From assembly GCA_963691875.1 (NCBI GenBank), contig OY829846.1, positions 3,040,001-3,104,000 on the forward strand: a DNA stretch of 64,000 nt. The letters are read 5' to 3'. Below the pieces are notes generated by a model that worked only from the letters and a program-made list of their open reading frames with translations, was not told the origin of the DNA and did not search any database. Shown one piece after another: positions 37,628-50,200 of this stretch. Both the position numbers and the translations under genes were made by a program. The number at the start of each line of letters is the position of its first letter. Position 1 is the first letter of the stretch. This stretch comes from Aureliella sp. (GTDB lineage Bacteria > Planctomycetota > Planctomycetia > Pirellulales > Pirellulaceae).

Positions 37628-39492
37628 GGGGCGAAGCGTGGGTTGGCTTGAACGAACTCTAGCCATTGCTCGTTGCTGATTGCCGAGCCGGAAACGTCCA
37701 CCGTGGCGAGATTGGGCATGCTCTTTAGCAAAGCCAAAGTAGCTGGAGTGACTCGAGTTTGTGTCAGCCAAAGTGTCTGCAAAGATCGATTACCCCTCAG
37801 TGGCTGCAAATCGTCATCGCCAATTGCACAGCCACTTAGGTCAAGCTCTTCGAGTGCTGGGACTTTACTGGCGAACTCTACGACTTCTCCTAAAACCGCG
37901 GTTCCTTCGACACTCAATCGTTTTAACGATTTCGCGTCTGCGACCCACTTCAGGTCGCTAGTTTGAACATTCGAAAAAGAAACATCCAGCCACTCCAAGT
38001 TGGTGAAGCGGTTAAGAGCCTTCCACTGCTCTGTCGTAAGCTGACTAGCAGTCAGAACTAAATCCTGCGTTTGAGTAGCTTCCGCAGTCGGGTAAACGTC
38101 CATTTGCCCGTGTGTCAATACTTGCAGGTTTTGATACTGCTTCTTGGCCGCTTGATGATCTTTGCCTAAGTGCGAGAGTAAGGCATCCGAATCATTCTGA
38201 CCCTGGTAGATTCCGACCATCTGCTTGAGATAATCTTGCTTCGCATCTTCGCCTAGGTGATGCATAAAGGCTGCGGTGACCCCGGCGGCATGAGTGTAGA
38301 GACGCGTGATGTCAGGATCAGTCTTCCAAGTCGCAAGTCCTGCCGAAGTAAACTCGTCCCACTCTGGCCAATAACCGTCGCGTACAGCCCGGTAGCGAGC
38401 CGTTTGCCCGCGGGCGGCGTCCCATCCGCCCAAAGTCCAATAATGATGACGCTCACGCAAAGATTCCATGTAAAGTGCGATACCTTCGAGCATCCAGATG
38501 CCGCCTGATTTCCCAGGCAGCTCGGTAGGTCGAATCGAGCTGGCTTCCATTAGTAGCTGGTGCGTAAGCTCGTGGAACAAGGTTGCTTCGAGGTTTTCGG
38601 CCGGATAGAAGAAGCTCGTTTTTGCATCCGGGGCGTAGTAGCCAACTGAGACTCCAATGTTGTCTTCTGCAACCCCAAGAATCCTCAAATACTCGCTCCG
38701 GTCCTTCAGCAACACAACTCGCAAGCGTTCGTGCCGAGGCCACGGAGTTCCTTTTCCTTCCAAACGTGATTGCAGTATCCCCGGTGCGGCCCACAACGGG
38801 TAAAAGACTTGAGACCAGAGTACGTAAAACTGCTCAAGCTGCTGGGCAATCCGGCGGCTCGATTTCGCATCGGCTCGGGTTAGCAGTGTGAAGTGTGGAG
38901 AATCGACGCGTGAATAAGTCCGAGCTTTCCAACCAAAGTCTTGAACTGGCACGCGGCCCTGCGTCAAACGCGGTCTGACAATTGGTCCCTTTGCCATCGT
39001 TCCTGCCGCTCGCAATGCAATTTCGTGCTCCGGATCATTCCGAAGCACTCGCCAGAGCAATCGATAGGCGGCTTGTTCATCTTGCTTGGCGATTTCGGGA
39101 AGCTGCTCCGCCAGTTTTACTGCGTAGGCTCTTTTGGCACTGGAGAAATGGCGTCCCCAACTCTTGGTGGCCGACGTTGGCCCAGGCTGAATCCAGAGCC
39201 CACCAGGCTCGGGCAAATAAAGGATTTCCCGATCATCGGCTGTAGGCACTAGCCAATTCTCGCAAATAATTTTGCGCTCGCTAAGTCCTAGCCTTTCGCA
39301 GATCTCAGCAAGCCTTGAGAGCTCAGCAGCAAACTGTTCGCGGGAAAACTTCGGCTCTTGCCCGACGCTCGATTGGACATAGGCCATCGCAATAAGAGCG
39401 AACCATACTGCACTCGCAAACAGAGAGCGAAGACATAGCAGCGGAAGTCGGGTGAGGCTCGGAAGAGTGGACATTACGCTATTTTGGCTCAC
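37624..39492 (-). CDS. Secreted DUF1570-like (HExxH) protein with C-terminal leucine-rich repeats
   Basis: LFHELTHQ..W..EGIA.YME; LEWLDVS, LKRLSVE, LEELDLSG, LQTLWLTQT. Confidence 0.8.
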   Translation of the reverse strand: MSQNSVMSTLPSLTRLPLLCLRSLFASAVWFALIAMAYVQSSVGQEPKFSREQFAAELSRLAEICERLGLSERKIICENWLVPTADDREILYLPEPGGLWIQPGPTSATKSWGRHFSSAKRAYAVKLAEQLPEIAKQDEQAAYRLLWRVLRNDPEHEIALRAAGTMAKGPIVRPRLTQGRVPVQDFGWKARTYSRVDSPHFTLLTRADAKSSRRIAQQLEQFYVLWSQVFYPLWAAPGILQSRLEGKGTPWPRHERLRVVLLKDRSEYLRILGVAEDNIGVSVGYYAPDAKTSFFYPAENLEATLFHELTHQLLMEASSIRPTELPGKSGGIWMLEGIALYMESLRERHHYWTLGGWDAARGQTARYRAVRDGYWPEWDEFTSAGLATWKTDPDITRLYTHAAGVTAAFMHHLGEDAKQDYLKQMVGIYQGQNDSDALLSHLGKDHQAAKKQYQNLQVLTHGQMDVYPTAEATQTQDLVLTASQLTTEQWKALNRFTNLEWLDVSFSNVQTSDLKWVADAKSLKRLSVEGTAVLGEVVEFASKVPALEELDLSGCAIGDDDLQPLRGNRSLQTLWLTQTRVTPATLALLKSMPNLATVDVSGSAISNEQWLEFVQANPRFAP

Positions 39493-39686
39493 GTTAAGCC
39501 TTCCGGCCAGCTACCAAGTGGATTGGAGTTCCAATCTTGGGCGAATTTTGCTCCGCAAATGCACCGCCCTGAACTTGTCCCATAAGCGGACAAGTGGATA
39601 TGACATCGAGCAACTTGGTCGTGAGAGATTTACCCACGATGCCTATAGGGGCATCCAGACTTCGAATGAAACAGGCGAACGAGCGC

Positions 39687-40958
39687 TTATTCTGACTTCT
39701 CAGCCTCTGGTGAAGCCGAATCAGGCTCGTTCGTCTCATCTTCAGAAGCTTTGGTCGCTTCCGATTCGACTGACGTGGATTCTGGCGGAGTGCGAGGGAT
39801 CTCGGGCAAGGTGGTTTCGACCGGGTCTTCGATGGAATCGATTTCGTGCAACTCTGTGCTGTCGACGCTACGACGAAGAATCAGATAAACCGCAGCGCTC
39901 GCAGACCAGAAGAAGCTGAACCAATAGGCACTAAGTAATTGTCCGATGAACAGGCTACCAGTTTCTACATAGGCAACTGCTGTTTGTCGCTCATTCCCCG
40001 CAACATACAAGAACAATCCACTGATCAGCGCCCAACCGAAGCTGAGCGTCCAGAGCACCAGTTGCTCACCGACCAAGCCAACTAGCATGAGCACCAACAC
40101 GCAAAGTACCGCGACCACAGGTCGTTGGAACAGATAGGCATTGGAGCGAGAAAAGCCTTCAAAGGCATCGGCCTTCTTTTCTGCAGAAATAGCGCAGACG
40201 CTTAGTGGATAGCAGAAGACCATACTCATCATCAAGCGCCCCACCGCGAAAACTAGAGGGAAAGCAATAAGCAAGCAGATCCCGGCAATGGTGGCTCCCA
40301 TGCTACCGGCTCGAGCTAGCAATCCCAGAAGTGCAAAGGGCAGGAGCAAGCCCGCCAAGCCCACCAAGTGCATGCCTGTTGCCCAAAGAAAACTGAGCCA
40401 GCGGCTAAAGACGATTGAGAAGGATTCCCCCCAGGGAGCAATGGATTGTTGCCCCAGTTCCACCATGGCACGGCGAGCCAAGACACCGCCCAACAAGGAA
40501 AACGATAAAGTCAACCAGAGTGCTACGAAGGACAGGAATGCTAGTGACTTCGGTCCCGGCTCCAAGCTAGCCACACTCGTATAGCCATTCGAAAGCCAAG
40601 CAAGAATCGGCGAAGAGGTCGCTAGGAAGTTGGGCCAGACAACATTTCCAGATTGCTCTGCGAACTCAGTTGGCGCAACAATTTCAGGTTGCTCTGCAGC
40701 GAAGGCGGATTGTTCGCTAGAGAAACTGTTCCAGCCAAAGGACCACTTTTGGCCATCACTATCTGCCGGGCTGAATAGCATGACACCCAGCCAGATTCCC
40801 ACTTGGGCGACCCACATCGCTAGCAAGCTAAGGACGAGAGTCGTCATTTTGATCGATGGCTGCGGAGACCGTGATAGAGGAATCCACCACCAAGCTGAAC
40901 GTGCCCAGTGAATCTCAGACTGGGGTACGTGACGGTCTTCGAAAGGGACTTCTTCCAT
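39687..40958 (-). CDS. Multi-TM hypothetical membrane protein
   Basis: 423 aa with many TM segments; YLILRRSVD.TE motif. Confidence 0.8.
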   Translation of the reverse strand: MEEVPFEDRHVPQSEIHWARSAWWWIPLSRSPQPSIKMTTLVLSLLAMWVAQVGIWLGVMLFSPADSDGQKWSFGWNSFSSEQSAFAAEQPEIVAPTEFAEQSGNVVWPNFLATSSPILAWLSNGYTSVASLEPGPKSLAFLSFVALWLTLSFSLLGGVLARRAMVELGQQSIAPWGESFSIVFSRWLSFLWATGMHLVGLAGLLLPFALLGLLARAGSMGATIAGICLLIAFPLVFAVGRLMMSMVFCYPLSVCAISAEKKADAFEGFSRSNAYLFQRPVVAVLCVLVLMLVGLVGEQLVLWTLSFGWALISGLFLYVAGNERQTAVAYVETGSLFIGQLLSAYWFSFFWSASAAVYLILRRSVDSTELHEIDSIEDPVETTLPEIPRTPPESTSVESEATKASEDETNEPDSASPEAEKSE

Positions 40959-41171
40959 GTGTCTTCACGGCAGCCGGCTCATTCCGGCGTCCTTGGGATC
41001 TTGTGTGTGGCGCGTTCAAAGGCTGTTGCATCAAGTTGCTTTGCCAAGACCAAGAAATACTTGGTATCTCGGCCCTGGTTATAGCAGGATTGCCCCATTC
41101 CGCCCACGTCTGTCCGTTCTAGATCGTGGCGTGATTTCGTAGCGGCTTGTCGATCTATTCAGGCTCTCTAT

Positions 41172-41263
41172 GTGGGAAAAGCTTCTAGCTTGTCAGCTCT
41201 ACCCAAGATCTATCAAGCGGATGTCCCAGGTTGCAAGTACGGCAGGCTGGATGCTCATCCCAC
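41172..41263. repeat. Degenerate inverted REP-like pair
   Basis: GTGGGAAAAGCTTCTAGCTTGTC versus GGCAGGCTGGATGCTCATCCCAC (17/23 complementary). Confidence 0.55.
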
Positions 41264-41465
41264 ACTTAAACCTACAAATGCCATGACATTGGGCCTTGGT
41301 CGCCAACAGCCCAAGCCCCCAAAGCTAGCAATTCGCGAGGTCGAGGATGTGGCATGATGGCTACGCGATACCGGATTTTCGCGTTGCTATGCTGGGACTG
41401 TGAATTTTTCCTCGCCCAACTGAAAGAATCGCGGATCGCGAAGGTGACTCCATTGCCCCGACAGA

Positions 41466-41760
41466 TTGACGTCGAAACTCCTCCAAGTCTGCTCCTTTGG
41501 TTGCGTGACCACTAAGACGCCGGAGCGTGGACAACCTTTAGCGAGGTCTACAGCCCCTCGGTATATAAATTTTGTCGCCTACGCGCTCCAGCCAAGTGAT
41601 GCAGCTGACGTGACGCAGGAAGTCTTACTGCGTTTCTTCACGGCATCCAGTCATTAGAAATTGGCCGACGCCAAGGGCTCTTTCGCGATTGAGTTGCCAG
41701 GATTGTGCCCAACGAAGTGCTGCGACATTTCTCAAAGGGCAAAGGCGTCCTTAAGCATAC
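41466..41760 (+). pseudogene. ECF sigma factor remnant
   Basis: Across frames: ETPPSLLLWLRDH*DAGAWTTFSEVYSP.VYKFCR / LQPSDAADVTQEVLLR / FRD*VARIVPNEVLRHF. Confidence 0.72.
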
Positions 41761-42065
41761 TTTGCCGATGATCTGCCTGCCGCGAAAGAACATCTCGAAT
41801 CAGCCTCCAGCCGACTGAAGGAGCACTTCGCATGCAGCACCGATGCGAGTCCCAGCAAAGCTTGGAAGGCGGGCTACGTCATGCAGGCTAAAGTGCTAGC
41901 TACTGAATTGGCTGACGCGGTGGAGAGCCATCGTGCAATGCTCGAAGCCGATCTGCAGGCAGCTCTCGCGTCCGCAATAGCATAAAGGGCGAGCGAAGAA
42001 GAGCTAGACGCGTTTCCAACGGCAGCAAAATAAATAACGCATCGCGAACCACACGAGCGTGTCCC

Positions 42066-43973
42066 CTAGGGGAGCTTGGGTACAACAGCTGGACGCAGCA
42101 AATCGACTCGAGACAAATCGCGTGGCGTTTCAAAATTCACTTGTCCCACAACCGGTAGCGTGGAAGAAGGACCGGGCGCATGTGTAGTATTCGCTCCAAA
42201 AATTTCATTGGGAAAAGTCTGGAACAGAGTGCCGTTTGCATGACGCAAATTGATCAAGGCCAGATTAAATGTCAGCTGTGCCTTCGCAAATTCATATTCC
42301 GCGTTCGTGACACGCTCTTGAGCTCGCAGCAACGAATCGAGCATCAATCCACCGGTTGAATCTTCGCCGGCCAGCTTTTCCCAACGAACTTCGATGTTCT
42401 CTACTTCTAGCTCAGCAGCTTGCAGCCAGCGGTATTTGGCTTTCAACTCTCCATGAGCCGTTTCGACTTCACGGACTGCGATTTCTACTTCCGCACGAGT
42501 CAGCTCCAGTACATTGCGGTATTCCGCTTGAAGTTGCTGTCGCTCGAGCTGGCGTTTGGTAAGTCGTGCTTTCGAAGCTCGACGACCTCGAGGCAGTCCG
42601 AATTCCAATCCGATCGCGTAGCTAGGCTCGCCGGTTCGAAACTGATCGACCCAAGCATTACCGAAGTCAGTATTACCGCGGAGTCCAGCTAGGTAGGATT
42701 CCGTGATTAGGTTGAGAACGGGCATGACTTCGTGACGTGCCATATTCAGCCGCACGCAAGAAGCCCGAATCGAGTTCATTGCTGCTCGGATTTCCGGGCG
42801 GTTCTGCAAGGCAGTTTGAAATTCCTCTTCCGGGTCACTCGATTCATAGGACAAAATCGGATGAACAGTGGGCAGCAGTTCTGTTTCACCACTGGAACTG
42901 GCGAATTCCGGTGCATTAATGAGAGCTCGGATGCGGGTTTCCGCGTTCTTAATCGCCGCCCAAGCTCGGATCAGGTCCGATTTGCGAGCTTCCACTGCAG
43001 CTTGGGCCCGCACAAGCTGTGTTTTGCCCGCGTCCACTTTCTGCCGCATCTCGAGCGTTTCAGCAATCTTGACCGTGTTCACATAGAGCTGAACACGTTG
43101 GGCCAAGCTGACTCTTTCGAGATACAGAGCCCAGTAAGCTTGAGCGATTTCGAGTAGGTGACTTTGCAACTGCCGCGTCGATTCCTGTTGAGCACTCTGC
43201 ACATCGATGGAGGCGAGTACTACCAAGCTGCGATTGTATTGCTCACCGCGGCCTCGCAAAACAGGCTGGGTGTAGCGCAGTACGAAACGAGTCGTCGCTT
43301 GATCGTTGGGAATGAAGAACGTGGAGTTGTTGTCCTGGTAGCCCCACTGCTGGAGCATCTCGAACTGACCACCGACACGATTCTTGCGGCGCAATCCGTA
43401 GTCCAAGTTCAGATCGTGATCGCGAAATCGATTTCCTCCGACGCCACCAATAGTTAGTGAGCTGCCGACGGGATCGCTGGTATCACGCCACATTGTATTT
43501 GCGAAGGTATTCCAATCGAAATCGGCATCCGCTTCAGTCACAGCGCTGCGTCGAATTTGGGGCATGAAGTTCGCAATTTTGATCCTGGCCGAATTGATCA
43601 GAGCGAGCTGAATCAAGTCATCAAGACTGGTCGGAATGACTCGAGCAGTAGACGAAATAGGTTGCGAAGCCTCTGCTTGCCACCATGGCTTCTCCATCCG
43701 CCCAACTGGTTGCTGAATTGTGCTGCTAACCTGCTTCAGAATCTCGGCAATGCTCCATCGATCGCGTCCTCCCACACGCCCATCTGCAGCGGGGGAAGCG
43801 TGCATGGGTAAGGTCTGAGTCAGCAGATGGGGGGCTGTGCCGGTTGCTGTTCCTGCTTGCAAAACGTCCTTAGACTGTGCGGGGGAGATCGCGGCCAAGC
43901 TGCCTAGCAGAGCTATGCTCAGGCTGAATTGCTGTAACCAATCGAACATTTTGAGCATCCGTGCCATCAACAT
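42066..43973 (-). CDS. TolC-family outer membrane efflux protein (start uncertain)
   Basis: ALINS..I, EADADFD, TQPVLRG, AYWALY, ALQNRPEI. Confidence 0.88.
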   Translation of the reverse strand: MLMARMLKMFDWLQQFSLSIALLGSLAAISPAQSKDVLQAGTATGTAPHLLTQTLPMHASPAADGRVGGRDRWSIAEILKQVSSTIQQPVGRMEKPWWQAEASQPISSTARVIPTSLDDLIQLALINSARIKIANFMPQIRRSAVTEADADFDWNTFANTMWRDTSDPVGSSLTIGGVGGNRFRDHDLNLDYGLRRKNRVGGQFEMLQQWGYQDNNSTFFIPNDQATTRFVLRYTQPVLRGRGEQYNRSLVVLASIDVQSAQQESTRQLQSHLLEIAQAYWALYLERVSLAQRVQLYVNTVKIAETLEMRQKVDAGKTQLVRAQAAVEARKSDLIRAWAAIKNAETRIRALINAPEFASSSGETELLPTVHPILSYESSDPEEEFQTALQNRPEIRAAMNSIRASCVRLNMARHEVMPVLNLITESYLAGLRGNTDFGNAWVDQFRTGEPSYAIGLEFGLPRGRRASKARLTKRQLERQQLQAEYRNVLELTRAEVEIAVREVETAHGELKAKYRWLQAAELEVENIEVRWEKLAGEDSTGGLMLDSLLRAQERVTNAEYEFAKAQLTFNLALINLRHANGTLFQTFPNEIFGANTTHAPGPSSTLPVVGQVNFETPRDLSRVDLLRPAVVPKLP

Positions 43974-44215
43974 TGCTAGCACTCCTACAACCGAATGCCA
44001 TCCACCTTGTGGATCGGGCGTCATCCACGCATCACTTGGGTTCAATAGTTAGATGCGAGACAACCGGCACAACCGTCAAGCCTCGCCAAAGATGGGCAAG
44101 TAAATCCCCCCTGTAAACGCTTCAGTCGCAGCAACAGCTCTTAGACTTCACACGAGGCATTTTGCCGGAACCAGATTCAAATTATTGTCAGTCACCTTGC
44201 CCCAACAGACTAGCA

Positions 44216-47200
44216 ATGAAAAAACAGCAGCCTACTTGTGGATTGCCACAGCGCACGATGGAACGTCTCGAGGATCGAATTCTTTTTGACGCAGTGCCCG
44301 ATGGAGTAGTTCTTTTTCCCGCCGATGTCCCGCCGGATTCACCGCCACTACCCCCGGGTTTGCCAGAGCAGAGTGAGGAGCTTCATCAACCTGAGCAACC
44401 GCAACAGGCGGATGGAACGCGAGAGCTGATTCTAGTCGATGCAAACGTGGCAGACGCCAATGCATTGCTCAACAAGCTGCTGCAATCACGAGAAGGTAGC
44501 TCATTTGAAGTGCGGTTGCTGGATGCAAATTCTGATGGAGTCGCTCAGATCGGCTCGATATTATCTAGTCAGGAAGATGCACCCTATTCTGCCGTTCACA
44601 TTCTGTCTCATGGTGGTGACGGAATGCTGCAGCTTGGTAGCACCGTGCTTTCTGATCAGAATTTCTCCAAGCACTCAACCGGTATCCGTAGTTGGTCACA
44701 GGGATTGCGTGCCAGTGGCGATGTTTTGTTCTATGGCTGCGATCTTGCCAGCGGGCAGATAGGGCAAGAGCTGCTTACAAACCTGCAGCAAGCCATCGGA
44801 GCTGACGTGGCAGCTTCATCTGATCTCACTGGGCACCGTGACCTCGGCGGCGACTGGGATCTTGAGTTTCAGATAGGCCAGATCGAAACGGAGGAAGTCA
44901 GCGTTCGCGATTACTTCAACACTCTGAATGTGTTCACTATCCAAGCCGATACGCCAGTCACCGTCGACGGCGACGGAGGCGTCGGAACGACGGGTAAATG
45001 GAGCAATGCTGGCTTCGTCGATACGGACTCGACGGTGGACGCCGATGGTGACGGGGACTTTGAAAATGACGCTGACATGGCTGTGGACGTGGTCGCCACC
45101 GTCATTGGAGTTACGGGTACAGCTTCCGTTGATTTCCAAACTGTTTCGACCACGGATCCTCTCCGCGACGACATGCGCGCCCGGATCTCCGGCGACGGAA
45201 CGGCAACCATCCGCTGGGAGATCTTTGAGGCTGGAAAGATAAACAAACCAACTGAAGGGAAGATTGGTCTTACGATCTCAGATATCGATGGTTCTGGAGG
45301 TCCCGAAACAGTCGAAGGGGTGGCGGCGTCTTTGCACAACCTTTCATCATATACCCTTCAGAGCCCTACTAATCTTGATATCGAAATAGAGGACAACTTC
45401 CTTGTCGCGCAGGGAACGCAAAATCAGAATGACGAACGGCCAAGCTGGGTCCGTTTCGACTGGGCTACTGCCAACGAACTTGTGCTAACTTACTACGTCT
45501 ATGGCAACGGCACGCGATTCTTCAATCACGATGGCGATGGGGACTTGGTGTTTACCAACCCCAACACCAATTTCACTCAAGGTATCGATCTTGACACAGA
45601 CGATTCTTCGGGGGCATCCGGCAGCAACTATCAAGCGACTTACATCGATGGTTCCATTCCGGGCGTCGACAACGATGTACCTGTTTCGGTCGCCGATGCG
45701 GATATACGAATCTTTGACTTGAACGACACCACGCTTCAAGGTGCAACCATCGTGTTGACCAATGCTTCAGCCGGGGATCAGCTGAACGTCAATGCACCGC
45801 TGCTGGTCGCACTGGGCATCAGTGCCAACGTGGACTCCAGCGACCCAACTCGTGTCGTAGTCACGCTTTCTGGTTCATCTCTGATCGAAAACTACCAGAC
45901 AGCAATCAAGTCCGTTAAGTATTCGAACGTCAACGCTACTTTTGACAAGAGCTATCACCGTGTCGTCGAGATCTTCGCGACCGACGGTACAAATGTTTCG
46001 GGTACCGCCAACACGACCATCAATTTCTCAAACGCAGTTAATGCGCCGACTGCTGCGGCGGATTTCTACGTCACTAGTGAAGATGCAGGCGGACTGAGCA
46101 TCGATGAAGCCAACGGCCTACTAGCTAATGACGACGACCCGCAGGGTGACTCGATTACGGTGATTGGTGCGAGAGATTCGGGTGGAAACCTACTAATACT
46201 TGATTCGATCCATACTTTGCCAAGCGGCAGCACGATTCTCCTGCGAGCCGACGGTAGTTTCGACTACACTCCCGCAGCTCACTTCAGCGGAGCCGAGTTC
46301 ATTAACTACGACATTTCTGATGCGGGTGGGAACACCGCCACTTCGTTTTTGACGATCAACACCAAACCAATCGCTGATGTCCCAGTTCTATCAACTTCCT
46401 ACACAGCCACCACCGTCAACGAAGACGAATGGAGCGCGCAGCTCTACGTCAGCATTGCAACGCCGGATAGCGATGGGTCGGAAACACTGAAACTCGTAGT
46501 GAGCGGCATTCCTGCTGGTGCTTCGATTACCGACGGAACCAACACATTCGTGGCTGGGGCGACGTCTAGCGTTGATGTTTCCAGCTGGGATCTGACTCGT
46601 CTGCAGTTTCGCGCAGCCAGCCATTCCGACGTCGACCATGTACTGACTCTGACGCTCACGAGCTCCGAAGCTAACGGAGACTCGCAAACCGTCAGCCAAC
46701 TCGTCAGATTCGCCGTTGATGCCGTCGCCGATGCACCAACTGTTTCGACAGCCGACGCGCAGGGAGCTGTCGACCAGACCGTTAGTTTGGTTGGGCTGAT
46801 CAACGTAGCTTTGGTCGATCAAGATGGATCCGAAGAGATTACATCTGTCACGATCTCCAACATTCCAGCAGGAGCACAACTCCTGGACAATGGAGTACCT
46901 CTGGCAATCAACGCGGGCCAAGTCACCTTGACGGTTTCTCAACTCGCAAACCTTGCCTTTGGGCCACCAGCAAGCGTCACGGGAACTTATACCCTTCGAG
47001 TTTCGGCCACATCGGAAGAGACAACGCCCGAGAACATTGTTGCGACACGTTCTGCTACCTCGACGCCAGTTGATTTGGTGATCACGATCGACAACGTCGA
47101 CGACCCAGTCACCACGCACAAGGATATTGGATTGGTCGCGAACAACTCCACCGTCACACTTGCTGTTCTGAGCAACGATGAGATTCCAGACGGGGGCGGA

Positions 47201-50200
47201 CAAGTCACTCTGGTCGATGGGCGAGCGATCTCGATTGGGCAAACAATCACTCTTTCGAGCGGAGCTGGCACTGTTACTTTGAACTCAGATCAGAGCCTGA
47301 GCTTCACTGCAGCCTCGAGCACAAGTGGTACTGTTGAGCTCACATACCGAGCTGAGGACATGGATGGTGACTTCTCCATCGGAACAGCCTACGTCTCAGT
47401 TGCTGCACCGCTGGTGAATGATACGTCAAGCACCAAGGAAGACACTTCCGTGGCCATCGATGTCCTCGGTAACGATTCTACGTCAGTCTTGCCAAGTACC
47501 ATTACTTCGCAAACGGCGACCGACGGTACAAACGGAACAACCACTATCAACTCTGATGGAACGATAACTTACAGTCCCAATGCAGACTTCAATGGTAGCG
47601 ATAGTTTTACGTACACAGTAACCGGTTTGGCGGCAGGATTGCAGTATCAGTTTTTCGATGGCCTCGGTTCATGGAATAGCTTAGACGATATCCCGACTAT
47701 CGATCCTGACTACATTGGAATAGCGACGGACCTGGACAGCGCTGGATTAGCCAATTCTTTGACGGGCTCGAACACGAACTACGGCGTACGCTACTACGGT
47801 AAGCTGTACGTGGAAAATGCGGATAGCTATGAGTTCAGTCTTAACTCCAACAATGGTAGCCGAATTTGGATCAATGGCTCTCTTGTTACGGACAACAACA
47901 ATTCAGGCGGAACGACTTCCAACGTCGGTTCTGTATTCTTGCACTCGGGCTACCATGACATTCGAATCGAACACTATGACTTTGGTGGTGCTGCAGGTCT
48001 CATTGCGCGGATGAGCGGAGCGGACACTAGCGGTGTCTCTACCAATCTTCTTGCCTCAGGCCGAATCGGCTCGATGGTGGTGACTCAGAGTGCGACGGTT
48101 AATATCACGGTCGCGTCTGTCAACGATGCTCCGACCGCGGCTGACGATGACCTCGCAGCAACAGAGAATCAATCGCTAAGCGGGAATGTCATCACCGACA
48201 ACAACGGTAATGGAGCGGACAACGATCCAGATGGCGATGCCTTGACTGTTGGGGCCGTAGATGGATCAGCCGCGAATGTTGGTTCGAACACCGCAGGATC
48301 CAATGGCGGCACATTCAACATCTCTTCCGATGGAACGTACAGCTTCACCCCTGGCACGTCCTTCGACTTGCTGGCAGCTGGAGAAACAACCAAAACCAGC
48401 TTAACATACACGATCAGCGACGAACAAGGTCGAAACTCAACCGCTACGGTTGAAGTCACCGTCACAGGCACGAACGATGCGCCAACAGTTTTGGGTTCCA
48501 TTCCAACTCAATCTGGACAAGACGGCACGACGATTAGTCCGCTGGACGTATCGGGTTACTTTGATGACCTCGATGCGACGAATACCTTGACTTTCTCGGC
48601 GGGCACGACGCTGCCACCAGGACTCTCGATCAACAGCGGCGGAGTCATCAGCGGCACGATCGTTGCGAACGCTTCGGTCACCGGACCGTTCACGGTTACG
48701 ATCACGGCGAGCGATGGCACGGCGTTGATCAGCCAGGACTTTACGTGGAATGTGACGAACCCAGCACCTTTCGCACAGGACGACTCGGTCGCCTTGGATG
48801 AAGACACTCAAGTAACGGCGAGTGTCGCTGGAAATGATTCCGACCCAGACTCAGATGCATTAACTTTCTCGAAGAGGACTAACCCCGCCAATGGCACACT
48901 CGTTTTCCAGAGCAATGGGACGTACACTTACACCCCAGATACAGACTTCAACGGTTCCGATCGCTTTACCTACCAAGTACGAGACGCTGACGGTACTTCT
49001 TCGATTGCGACAGTCCATGTCACCGTCAATCCGATAAACGATGCGCCTGTGGTAGCCAGCGCCATTGGGAACAGAGCCAGCAGCGACGGCGATGTGATTT
49101 CTCTTGAGTTAGCTAGCTTCTTCTCAGATGTGGACGGTGATAGCCTGGATTTCTCGGCGACCGGTCTTCCCGACGGCCTGTCGATCAGTTCCTCAGGGGT
49201 CATCACTGGTACGATCTCGAACAGTGCTTCTCAAGCTGGTCCTTTCTCCGTGACGATCTCAGTTAAAGACCCAAGTGGAGAAAGCGGTTCGCAGTCCTTT
49301 CAGTGGAGCGTATCAAATCGGGCGCCCATTGCGACTGACGACAGCTTTTCCGCTATCGAGGACACTTTGCTGACAGGTGACATTTCAGCGGGCGACTCAG
49401 ATCCAGATGGGGACACAATCAGCTTCCAGGTCCTCACTGGCCCAAGCCATGGAACGCTCATTCTTCAGGCAGATGGTACATTCACCTATTCGCCGACACG
49501 CAACTACCACGGATCAGATAGTTTTCTATACCAAGTCCATGATGCAGACGGCGCCACCAGCTCCGCGACTGTCAGTATCACAGTCAACTCGGTCAATGAT
49601 CTGCCAACCTACGATGGAAAGATCATGACTCAGACGAGCCAAGACGGCGAAACGGTGAACCTGGACCTGAGTTCCCATTTCGCTGACATCGAAGGACCTT
49701 TGGTCTTCTCTGCAACAGGTTTGCCACCGAGGCTGAGTATGGATTTGGCGGGCAGAATCACGGGGATGATTGACTCAAGTGCTTCTGCCTCGGGCCCCTA
49801 TTCGGTTCAAGTTACGGCGCAAGACAGCAATAGCGCAACGGTGACTGCGACTTTCGAGTGGCAAGTCACCAATCCGGCTCCTAATGCAGTCGGCGATAGC
49901 TATGCGACGAATGAAGACAATCCCGTCTCAGGCAATGTTGGCGACAACGACACGGACGCAGATGGAGATTCGCTTACCTTTACTTTGTTGACGGGGCCCA
50001 GCAACGCTAGCCTGCTGTTCCACAGAAACGGAAGCTTTGTCTACACGCCGAATTCGAACTACAGCGGAGTCGACAGTTTCGTCTATCAAGTGCAAGACTC
50101 GGACGGAGCGACTGCAACTGCCACAGCAGTTATCACTGTCGGCGACGTCAACGATCCGCCCAGCTTCGATACTCCGCTGGCCGACCAAGCGAATTGGGAT

